This document shows, one piece after another, positions 14,120 through 26,297 of a stretch of DNA of 64,000 bases. The stretch comes from Amoebidium appalachense (taxonomy: Eukaryota > Protista > Ichthyosporea). Below the pieces are notes generated by a model. It saw nothing but the letters and a program-made list of their open reading frames with translations. It did no database searches and had not been told where the DNA came from. A program made the position numbers and the translations under genes. The stretch covers positions 7,636,830-7,700,829 of the forward strand of contig CAVNZM010000008.1 in the NCBI GenBank assembly GCA_963693365.1. Reading direction: 5' to 3'. Numbering within the stretch: the stretch's first letter is position 1; every line of letters starts with the position of its first letter.

Positions 14120-16570
14120 CCGGCAGAACATCTCGGAGAGTTCCGGCGGATGGATGTTTCATAAAATCTGTGCTATTTGGGGGAAAATTCGCGTATAATC
14201 TGTTTCTTTCGTTTTTTTTTTTTTGGCTTTGGAGATGAAGTGGGGTATGCCGAGAGAGGGCTTCATTTGGATTTTACTTGCATGGTCAATGTGAGTGGAC
14301 GTGTAATGGTCGACCTGGTGTTCAGATGAGCTACGAGTACTGCAAATAAAAAAACCCGATTTTTGCGTAATCGAATTGGTAACCACCCCCCCCCCCCCCC
14401 CCCCCTCTCTTCCCCCCAACCCTCCCCTTCCTCCCTCCCTTCCCCCCCTCCCCCCATCACACGCACACAGCCACCATAAAATTTACACACACATACACGT
14501 ACAGACGAACAATTATACACACACACACACACACAACACCAGCGTGCGCGGGCACGCACACACACACACACGCATGCCCGCGCGCGTGCGTTCTTTCCCT
14601 AGCGGAGCCTTGAATCTTAAAATTTCTTCAAATCCCCACCCCTCCCCCTCCCCTCCCTCCCCCCGGGTCCCCCTTAGAATGCTCTCCCTCCCCCCCCCCC
14701 CCCCCCCCCCCCCCCAGGTTCGATTTCCCACATACACACACACACGCGCACACAACATACGCAAGCGGCACACACGCACACAGTCACGCACAAACACACA
14801 CACACACGCACACATGTACATGCACACACGTGTCAGCTCTACGTGTATGCATTCACGTATGGATGCAGGCCGGCAGTAGCTGCTGGCCGGCAGCAGGCGG
14901 CGCTCATGCCTTTCTCCCCAGCCGCTTAGCGGGCCGCGGCAAACACGCATGCCACATGCTCATGGTGATTGGACGGCATGTGAGCACCAAAAGTTAAACC
15001 TGAACCTGTATAAGCCTTACGTGACTCTAACCCAATCGAAATCCGCATATTTATGTATCTACGATGACGTCAGAGGTTTGGAAGGGTATATATGGTATAC
15101 TTTCTCCGCCGAGGTAGCCTATAGAAATTCTTTTGTAAGTCAGTGCACCGTATCAATTGAATGCAGTAATTTTTAATTAAGTATATCTCTACTTTCTATT
15201 TTTGCTTATCTAGTAATCAGTCATATCGTGACTTGTATCTCCTCTTAAATATACGGACGCTAGACTAATGATATTGCTGCTTGCCAAGGTGCATTTCGCC
15301 GAATCGCTAAAAGCACCGCTGTTGAGTGTATTGGTTACAAACTACAAAGGAAGTTATGCACAGTAAGCCAACAAATAATAACAACTGAAAGAGACTTAAA
15401 AATTATTTTCGTTTTCATCTAAACTTCGTATGTCCACAACATATCTTTTTGTCAATGCTTTCCTGCGTATCTTAGCTAGTATATTCCTGTTTGCGCTGAG
15501 CCGCACTTACGCCTTCGTGACTTTCTCGAAGTGTGGTTGGATGACACAAATGCCAAGCGGGATCAAGGCGCATTCACTTTGCAAAGTCACTCAGCCTGAG
15601 GCTGACGAGCTTGCAGTGAAGCACGGCCCTGTGTGGCCGTGAGTGAAGCCAGGCTCAGGTTATGTTACGTTATGGCACAAATGAACTTCGTATCAGGGAG
15701 TTTTGTAGGTTTACTACTTCCCCTTCCCGGTCGGATGAAGGTTTCATCCGTTGCTTGTGTTTCTCCAAGCGCTCACTGCCCATGTGTGGTTACGATTGCT
15801 TTAACATTATTAGCTCATTCGGCCGGTCTAACTTTGCCCATGTAAATTTGGGTTTTCATGAACCTTGCTTGGGTTTGTGGTTATGTGGGGTCTACTCTCA
15901 ACCAACGAATTATACAAGTCTAAACCCCATAGTTTAACATTGTTAACATTACAGGAAGATAATTGAGCTCCAATACATCTTTGCTCCTGCCATCGATAGT
16001 TGTGGAAGTGTGACACACTCCTTGAAGTGTCTCGAGTCTCAGATAAGGTTTAAACCTGAAACGGTGATGTCCCTAGCAATTGGGAGGGACAACCGAAGGC
16101 AGAGGATAAAGCGGGTCAAAGATCCGAAATAAATCTTGGCGGACCTTGATTGAAAATGAACGTCGTACGAAGAAGCCAAGATTGGGGGAGCATAACAGAA
16201 GATGCATACACCATTGAAAGGTATGATAAGTGGGTGCATTGTTATTTAGTCTATTAGGCTTTTATGCAACGTGCTGGATTTTATGAGTTTTCCTTGTTTG
16301 GTAGGTTCTGAGTTTTGAAGCCAGCCTTGTAAAATGATTTGGAACTTTGACATCTATCTAGAATTTGGGTGTTGCCTGGGTAGATGAGGTTGAGCCACCT
16401 TGTGGCTGTGTGTGAGCAAGAGAGTTGTGGGCGGGTGCTCGCTTGAGAGCGAGAGAGAGGGGGAAAGGGGGTGGGGTGGGGGGGTTTATATGGGGTATTT
16501 GAGAGGCGGAAGGAGATGTGGAAGGTTGTTATTTGGGAATGGTGGTGTTTGGCAGGGGGAAGGAGGGGGG

Positions 16571-16602
<32 letters not shown>

Positions 16603-17102
16603 AGGATAGGGGGGTGGGGGAGGGTTAACCACGAGCATCGTAATGCCATTCCATTAGGTGTTTGCGTGTGGTGCAGGTCCATGTGTGTGCTCGTGTGTGT
16701 GCGCGCGCGCGACCGTGTGTCCGTGGGTACGCCATGCATTCGTGTGTTCGTGCTTGCGGTTTTTGGTGTGGGGTTGGCAGACTACTCTGTGCTGGTATTC
16801 TCGGGTGTCCCTGTTTAATTGAGCTCTTTCCATACTTGTAAGAACTTCAATTCTTCTGTTCTATTTTGAATTATTGCAACCGTTTTGTGCTGTGTCAGTG
16901 TGTTTTGTGCAAATCTTGTTCTTGTTCTGTTGTTTTTCCAAGATGTGCAGAAAGAATGTTCGGAAAGAAAGATGGGGCTTGGAAATGCAGGACACTGTTG
17001 GGTGGGGAGGGAGACAAGGGAACAAAAATGTGCACGGCAAGGTGGTGATGGTGGCGGTGGTGTGTGTGTGTGTTTTTTTTTTTTTTCTTTTTTGGGGGTG
17101 GT

Positions 17103-17156
<54 letters not shown>

Positions 17157-17248
17157 GGAAGGAATGCGTGCGTACGACGAAAGGAAACTCAGTGAAGAGC
17201 ATGGTACAAGCCGATAAAACACATCAAAACATTCCGGGGGGTGTGTGT

Positions 17249-17282
<34 letters not shown>

Positions 17283-17644
17283 CTTATGACCGTGGTGATG
17301 GTGATAGCTATATCTTTTTGGTAAGGAAAACGGGATACGGATGGTGGGAGAAGGGAAAAGGAGAGGGGGAGAGGGGGGGGGGGGGGGGGGGGGGGGGGGA
17401 GGGGGGGGGGGAGGGGTAAGGGGGGTATTTGGATGAAATGGGGTGGTTGCCATGTTCTGTAAAGAGGCATTTAGTCAGCTCGTGTACACTTACTGACGGC
17501 TATGACCTTATTGCTGCAAACTTTACTGCATCGATATCCCCACCGCCCCTCCCCCCCCCCCCCCCCCCCCCCCTACCGCCCTCACACACACACATGCACA
17601 CTCACGCACACACACACATCCATACATTCACACAAACACACGCA

Positions 17645-17677
<33 letters not shown>

Positions 17678-17768
17678 GTACACACACACGTACACACACG
17701 CACACACGTACGCAAAACAGCGTAATCAACATTGGTTCCACATGCACCGTCCACCTTGCCACGCTTAG

Positions 17769-18021
17769 AGATTCCGGTTGCCGTGTTGCCGTAAAGCGGG
17801 TGTCTGGATATCCCGGTTTCCGAGAGCACGCACACAGAGAGGCGGATATTTTGCGTAAACTGAACCACGAAAATGTTTTGGCACTTCTCGGCGTCTTTAA
17901 CGGCTCCGATTATGTTGACCTGGTGCTGGAGTATATGGTACCCCCCCCCCCCCCCCCCCCCCCCTTATTCCTTCCTTCTTTCCCCCCCTTCCCCCCCCCC
18001 CTCTCTTCATTCCTTCCTTCT

Positions 18022-18057
<36 letters not shown>

Positions 18058-18555
18058 TCTTCATTTCTTCCTTTCTTCCCCACCACCCACCCATGTTCAA
18101 GTGAAACAGTATCTGAGTTGGGTTTCGTTAACGAGGTAAATGGGTCGAAACTCGGATACTGTGGATGACATGGGCCTGCCCTGAGGATGGGCTCTGCTTA
18201 TTATGCATACTCTTTATGTATAGTTTATGATTCTGCATCTTGTTATCCGTTGTTCATGTGTACTTCGTACTTTATGACGCATTCAACCCCCCCCCCTCCC
18301 CCCTTCATTCCTTCCTTCTCCCCCCCCCCCTCTCCCCCCTTCATTCCTTCCTCTCCCCCCCCCCCCCCCCTTGGGGACCCTAATGCCCCTTTCCACCCCC
18401 CTCCCCTCCCCCCACGCTCCCCCTCCCCTCCCCCCCCCCCTTTCTTCCCCCAATCCCAAGCTTGATTTTTTCTTTTACGACGGTCTATTCTTCCATGTTG
18501 CCATTTTCTGATGTGATCACCCACGCGCACATGCACACAAGTGGGGCAGCAAGCG

Positions 18556-18634
<79 letters not shown>

Positions 18635-18932
18635 ACAGACACACACAGACATAACTTTTCCCCTTCCCCGCTCAACCATCCGCCCTCCTTTTGGGTTATT
18701 TATCCCAGTAGGCATCCTGCTATAGTTACTATTTTCTGTCTACTCGCATGATCATCATAGCCCATCCCTGCTTTTTCTGCTTAAACCGATAATAACCACT
18801 CATGGTGCTGTGTGTGTTTGTGTGGGTGTGCCCGAAGGTGGAGGGGGATATGTGGATATGTGGGGTGTGCTAATGTGAGTGTGTTTGTGTGTGTGTGGGT
18901 GTGTGGGTGTGTGGGTGTGTGGGTATGGGGGG

Positions 18933-18963
<31 letters not shown>

Positions 18964-19341
18964 AAAGTACTGTGGTTGTGTACGTATGTGTGCTGCCCCT
19001 GGGGGGGGGGGGGGGGGGGGGGGGGGGGAAGAAGCACATAGCTCTAGTCATGTTTCCAGTAAAACGGCAAAGAACTCTCATGTTTGTTTGTTTTTTTTTA
19101 ACCAAAACAGGGCGGCGGCGATCTTCTCGAGTGGCTCCAAACCTCCGAAGAGTCTGAAATTCCGGTCGAATATTCGATTAACTATCTCCGTCAAGTTGTG
19201 TCATCCTTGGTATATCTACACTCTGTAGGGATATGCCACGGAGATGTCAAAGCGGAAAATGTGTATTTGAGCCGTGATGGAATGGTGGCAAAGTTGGGCG
19301 ATTTCGGGTTGGCCTACGACGTCAAAACTACTCAGGTTGAG

Positions 19342-19381
<40 letters not shown>

Positions 19382-21241
19382 AAAAACACACACACACACA
19401 CACACACAGCCGAATTTGCATTGCTATCTAATAGGAACGTGGACTTTGTATTTCCTTGCACAACCCTCCCCTCCCCCTCTTTCTCCCCCCCACCCGGGCC
19501 CCCAAGACCCCAACCACCCTCCCTCCCGCTCAAATTGAGCTCATCCTTCCTTTAGTGCCGGCCCAGTTTTGGTTTGGACGGGTTGACTTGCCTGCGTGGC
19601 ATGGAAGCAAAGAAATTAAATAAAACCACGCTTGTGGGTCTAACAGCTATGTCGGCAGCCTCGATTTTGCACCCTGGATAGCAAACACACCAAAAAAAAA
19701 AATATTGGTGTACGCAGGCAAAAGATGATACGCTTATGTTCATGATTCGGCAATGGCCAGCTCAGACAGCGCAGGCCGCGTGGCCAAATTGGATAAGGCA
19801 CCTGACTACGGATCAGGAGATTGCAGGTTCGAGTCCTGCCGCGGTCGTTTTTTTTTTTTTTTTGGCTTTTGCTTTTGAATTTTCAAGTATAAACAATCCC
19901 CCGGGAAAAAGAAGGGTTGTTGGGGGAGGGGGAGGGGGAGGAAGAGGAGGAGGAAGGGGGGGGGGGGGGGGGGGGGGGGGGATAGGGGGGGGGGATAGGG
20001 GGGAATAAGCCACAAAATGCTGATTTAGACCTTTATAAACTAACCAATCTGCCCTCCTCACCACCCAGGAACCATCTACCGGAAGGAGAAACCCCCACAC
20101 TCCACCCGAATGCCTACAGAGGGGTCCAACAGACACAAACCCCCCTCAAGACCCCTTTGCAGCCGATGTATTTTCGTTCGGGGTCCTTGTGTTCTGCGTT
20201 TTGCAAGGGAAATTTCCGTGGGGTATGGCTGTAGGTGACGATAGACAATATGCCGCATGGGTGCGCGTTCAAAGACAGTTGATGAAACTGGACTCCGATA
20301 GGAGTTGTGTTTGCGAACATTACGACGGTTGTACGAGTGTCTTCTTGCATGCGGAGAAAACGGGAGAGGGCGCTATTGCGTGCGGCGAGTGCAAGAAGGC
20401 GATTTTGGAAGAGGAGGAGGGGATTCTCGCACCTGAATGGTTCGAGATGCATGCGGAATTTCCGGTGTTTTTCCGGCTGCTGGTGCGAATTTTGAGCCCC
20501 TCGCCACTGGAAAGGCCCACTGCGGAAACTGTGTTTTCTGCATTTTTCCGTTTGTCGGATTCGGAGGAAAGCCCAACGACAAGGGTAGCAGAACAACTTG
20601 GAGAGTTGACCTTGGATGCGGGATTTGGAAAATCTCCAGTGAAATTTTCGGAGGAGGAGAACAATTTCGACAATTTACATTCCAGGGGGAATATTTACCC
20701 CAGTGACGTTTTCGATCGTGAACCATCGGTTGTCGAGACGTGTAGTCTCTCTGCCGAAGAGGATGAGGACGATTATAGCAGCCAGCATGATTTTAGATTT
20801 GATTTACCAACGCCATTGGTGCGAGGGTTAACTTTAGAGGAGGGTTTGTTGGGGTCGGAAAACGACAGCGGGTACAGCACTGGGACGAGCCTTAACGACA
20901 CGGAGATATATCCATATATGGAAAGATGGGCAAAAGGCAGGAAGATGGATAATAATATCGGTGTATACCGAAATACGGAAAAGGGCGTAACCAAGGAGAA
21001 GGTGTGCCTGATTGGTGGGAACGGGAATATATACCCGAATAAGGAAAGTGGCATAGGGAGGAGGAGAGGATTGGACGCCAGGCGGGACCCGGTGACCTCA
21101 AGGTGGGATTTGTGTGAGGAAGTATCCGGGGGGGAGAGGGGTGGTGTGGGGGGTGTGGGTGAGGGTTGTAGTTTTGGGGATGTTGTGGACAGGGGGAAGA
21201 CTGGAAAGAGCATGCAGGAGGTACTTGATGACTGGTATTGA
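17769..21241 (+). CDS. Ser/Thr protein kinase; exons ~17769-17937, 19111-19335, 20069-21241 (Gly-loop exon not located)
   Basis: VAVK, READIL..LNHENV..LVLEYM|GGGDLL, HGDVKAEN, DFG, PPE, ADVFSFG..GKFPW, LERPTAE; GT-AG junctions in phase; long acidic C-tail. Confidence 0.92.
18086..18286 (+). mobile_element. Structured tail copy (subfamily A variant) in kinase intron
   Basis: Homologous to 10130-10330 with substitutions that preserve pairing; ends GCATTCAA-(C)n; embedded in a CTTCATTCCTTCCT/(C)n tandem array. Confidence 0.9.
19774..19847 (+). tRNA. tRNA-Arg(ACG)
   Basis: Acceptor GGCCGCG/CGCGGTC, D-arm TGGCCAAATTGGATAAGGC, anticodon arm CCTGA-CTACGGA-TCAGG, T-arm GCAGGTTCGAGTCCTGC, followed by a long oligo-T Pol III terminator. 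Confidence 0.97.
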
Positions 21242-21334
21242 TGGGCATTATGCGGTGGCCTACTCATTATTTCAATATTTGATTTGTAATTTTTTATGTT
21301 TTATTTTGCGGGGAGATGGGGGTGGGGAGGGGAA

Positions 21335-21376
<42 letters not shown>

Positions 21377-22354
21377 TTGGAGGGGGGCTACATCTTGTGT
21401 GTGCGAGTGTGCACGTGTTTGTGTGCATGTGTTTGGGTGTGTGTGTGGGGGGGGGGGGGGGGGGGGGGGGGGGGCAAGTGTGTGTATAACGAATGATCAC
21501 GAGGGATGTACTGAATGAAATGCACGTAGCGAGCAACGATCGATAGCGAATGCAACCACGGAATAATGCCCCGTACGGTGATCTAAATAGCCTTATTCAT
21601 GGTCTTAACGACCCGATTATTGGTTATAGTTGTTGGATTTAACCATTATTTATGATGGTAAAAGTAATATGTGTCTGTAATTGGTAGTGTACCTTAGAAA
21701 GTGCTAGAAGTAGGCAGCAATATTGCGCCTTTTGTTAAGCCAGTAGGAGTAGTTTGTGGTAGGCTGATAGATACAGTGTGTGTGTGTGTGTGCAAACCAC
21801 TGATTGTGTTGCTTACCACCGATAGTTCGATTGATAATTGTGATAGTGGCGTGTGAAGCCGTATGTAATGGTGTAACCGTAATCCTGCCCCGGCAATAGG
21901 CAATAATGTTAGAGATAATGGGCTTTCCTTTTATAGAAAAAGGTGTAAGGATCCTAGGAAGCATCGGAACTGTCTTATGTCGCTCAAAATATAGTAATAT
22001 AAGAAGATGGTGCTGAAAATGCCTTGTGATAACGCTTTAACATTTCCTCCCCCCCCCCCCCCCCCCTCTATCTCTCTATCTCTATCTCTCTATCTCTCTA
22101 TCTCTCTATCTCTCAGTACTAGTCCCACATTGCTTCGGAAGTCCGGTTCCTGTTTGCCTTTTGGTTGTTGGTGGTTGTATCTTTGCTGCTTGGCTTTTTT
22201 GCTGCACTCCCCCCCCCTCCCCCCCCTCCCTCCCACACACAACGTCACATACACACACCACCACCGCCATCTGATTCATCACTACCACCGGTACCACCTG
22301 ACATGCAGAAAAACAAACACACACAATGCACACGCACACACACACACACGTGCG

Positions 22355-22423
<69 letters not shown>

Positions 22424-22737
22424 ATACACACGCACACGCGCGGGCCTGAATGTGGGCTTTACTGAATCAGATGACGCGTCTTCTTTAATGTGGTTTCTTT
22501 TGGGCCGATTTATGGGCCCTTTCGGGCCAGGCCAAATTCGATGATCAAGTTCATATCTCTTTCGAGTCTGAATTCGAACCAACCCGGAAATTTAAAAGGA
22601 CCCCTGAGCTAGTGTGTGCTCACTCCATACTACTACACTGTCCATTATGCACCAACCTACCCGCGACCACGTGCACCACACCTACACTGACACAGGTAGC
22701 ATGCAGCATACAGCCACACACGCATATATACACACAA

Positions 22738-22804
<67 letters not shown>

Positions 22805-23022
22805 CACTCGCACACGTGCACACATACACGCACACACACATGCACACACAAACACACACAGACACACAAGCACACACAACACTGACACACACACACACAC
22901 GCCGTGGCACACACAATGCAGGCACACACACTGACACACACACATGTACACAGACACACACACACACGTGCACACACACACACACACACACACACAAATT
23001 TACACACACACACACACACTGT

Positions 23023-23053
<31 letters not shown>

Positions 23054-23699
23054 TTGCAGGCTGTCCACAGTGCACAACGTCTCATACACAAGCAGATTAA
23101 CTGTTTCATCAGCAATTGCCAAGCACAATTATCTGGTTCATGTTTTCTGTGCCAAAGATTCCCCAATCATAATTATCCAACCCCCTCCCCCCTCCCCCCC
23201 CCCCCCCCCCCCCCCCCCTTTCCGGATCCCGGAGGGAAACGGTTCCGGGGGCCGTGGGTGTACAGTCGACGCCATACTTGGTTTAAAACAACCCCTAGTT
23301 TCACCCCCTGGGGCTTGTTCCTTCTAAGGGTAGTTCGTCCGTAGCTTGCATAATAGATGATTGCACAAACATAGTGATTGCGATTCGTTCAATTGAAAAG
23401 AGCCTTAGACCTTGTTTTTCTTCGACTTGGTCATTTTGCAACCTAAGAGACGCCAAAAGTGCGAATCGTCGAAAGAAAGAGGAAAAAAGTAAAACCGTAC
23501 GTTTACTATGACGTTTACTAGCTATGCATATGTGAACCTCTGTTGTCTGTTGGCCGGCGCCCTGGCCCACAAGTGTGTGCCCACTCAATTTGATGGCATC
23601 GGCTGCAATAGCAGTGCCTTACGATTGGCACCAAAAAAAAAAATAATAATAAAATAAAAGCCAGGATGGGGGAGGGGGCCCGGGGTGGGGAGCCCGGAA

Positions 23700-23742
<43 letters not shown>

Positions 23743-24405
23743 GTTCCTTCTGAGGGTAGTTCGTCCATAGGGTTGTTCCTTCCCAGATATGACTGTATTA
23801 TACGGCATATTGCAAGGCATGATTCCTATAGTGCCCCACATATGCACACAATTATGCATTTATCAACCGCCGGTCTCATAAGACAGTACATCTTCACACT
23901 TGAACATCTAATGCTAGCCAAATTTGGACTTTATACGAATCGATTTCAGTATACAACCGCCATATGCATATGTTCTACATACGTTCAGTATTCAACACGG
24001 AGATTGTTCAAAGCAAAATTCGCGCTACAACAGTTGCACACACGAAGAGGACATTCGTTTCAGCTCGGAAATTTACAAAATGATTACAAGTACTGTATCA
24101 ACTTTCGAAGCAGAATTTGCTTCCGCATGATGCATGGAAGGCTAAACTAGAATACAAGCGATTAATAGACAATACAATGAAATATCAAACACGTTACATA
24201 ACTGGGCAACGATATACACATGTGTGGCCCGAGTTGAGGGCCTGTAACCGCGGCAATTCGATGTGAGGTGCATAAATTCATTGATGAACTTGGTGTCGGT
24301 GTGTGTGTGTGTGTGTGTGTATGTGTGTGTGTGTGTGTGTATGTGCGCGCATGTGTGTGTGTGTTTGTATGTGTGCATGTGTGTGTGTGTGTGTTTGTAT
24401 GTGTG

Positions 24406-24450
<45 letters not shown>

Positions 24451-24507
24451 ATGCGCGCGCGCAAGCACGCGTCTCCATAAAATACTATACATTTTAACCC
24501 CCTATTT

Positions 24508-26297
24508 TCATTGGCCAATATTCATTAACATATCACTCAACCACAGATCCACCGTTGTACGGCTCAGCATGAGCGGGCTTCTCCCCCAACCCCCATAATG
24601 GATCCCATCCTCAGTACCCTCCGGCCTCGCATGTGACCAATGGTACGTGTCCAGCATTCGGAACCCCATTTGCGAAAATTCCGCCTCGAACTGCGAATTT
24701 ACCCTCCGAATACGCTCCGGAATAAGTAGTTCGTGCATGTCAACGACCGCAGGCATGCCGAGAAAAAATGCCCGATTCTTCGAAATTACGTCCTTACACT
24801 CTATCTCGACATCTTCTAGGAATTGCCCAATAACAACTTCGGGGAAGTTAGTCATTGCTATCTGCGCCACCGACCATAAACCGTGGTTTACAATAATCGC
24901 GTCATACCCCCAGCAAGTCCCGTTTTTCGGTGTGTGTTTTTCCGGATATTGCCAGATCCCCCCCTTGAAACTATACTTGATTTCGGGGGCCCCGGCCACT
25001 AGTTGGCCCCTCGGATCGTCATCCACCTGTTTGTCTTCGGACCCCCACACGAATTTTCGCCCCGCTGGCATGAAGAAACTCGCAACGTCGAAGTAGAACT
25101 CTCGCGCAATCGAGTCACCGATGACGAGAATTTTCCGGATTCCCGCCTCTTTAAACCGCGACAAAACCAATTCCTGATCAGGCTGTCTCAATGAAAATGT
25201 GCCGTTGTGCACACAAGAGCCCCCCTCCGCCGGCACCCACAAAAATTCGTCCGTCCAAAATTGCGAATCGCGGTTCCTTGCACTCTCCGATATCACACCG
25301 TCCTTGACCAGGTCTGAACTTTTACGCAACCACACGCCTGGGTGTAGCCCCACGTAATTGCACGCCGGCGGCAGCGGTAGGGGGGAACCTTCACCATCAG
25401 GGGAAATTTCCTGAGAGCCCGCAGTGCCACCGACATCCACCGAAAAAGTCAAAATCGTGCCGTCGGCGCTCTTTTGGTAGTGGGCCGAACGGTCGCCGCA
25501 GCCGGGGGCCTGGGAACAAGGTATCACGTATTCGTTTACGGGCACATTTTTCAACACCAAACGTACCGTTAGCGTGTGTGTCCCCTCCTCTACCGGCGTA
25601 AACGAGAAATTGTATGTTTTCTTGCACTCTGTGCGATTGCGGGTGTCGATGAATTTTCCCCCATTTTGTAGTATTGCGGTGTAAGTAACGGATTCTCCCT
25701 GTCCGCTTTTTCAACGTTCACACACGTCGTCGCGCCCATTTTCACGCTGGCCACCTGCCGGGAATTTTGGGATATCACTTTAACGTATATCTCGTCCTCT
25801 GTCCCGCTTAACTGGTCCGTGTTCAGTATGCCGAAAGTGAACCGTCTCCCTGCCTGTGCGGGAGAGGGGAAAAACCCCGCGATAACCCTCTTGTCAATTT
25901 GATATCCCATTGCCAATTGCACGTAATCGATGGGTCCGCTCGCTGATGCTTCCCATGCATCTTGTGACTCAGAACTACTGTGATGTGTGGTGCTCTCAAC
26001 GCGTCGGGTTATTCTTTGGAAAAAGTTTGAAGGGAAAAGACACCGGGCCACTGCCGAAATCACGGCCCCATTTCTCAAAAGTTTGTGTTCACTATCTAGG
26101 CATCTGGCCGTCGACATAACAAATAGGCTCAAGAAGGCGCAGACAAGCGCTAATACGAGGCCAATTACGAGACATCTGAGAATCGGGAAGGAAAAATAGC
26201 GACGTAGTGCACGTGCGCGCGTATTGGCGCCTACGTGTCTGTGTTGTGGCAGGAGAGTGTGTTTAGAGAATCCCATTTTTGCGTAAACTGGGGCCAT
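24508..26297 (-). CDS. Type II membrane NXPE/PC-esterase-like SGNH protein, apparently intronless, split by one frameshift near 25660
   Basis: N-terminal TM helix (CLVIGLVLALVCAFLSLFV), Ig/filamin-like FSFTPVEEGTHTLTV, KILVIGDSIAREFY (GDS), IIVNHGLW, DGIHY (DxxH). Adding one G at the G5 run joins both ORFs. Confidence 0.8.
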
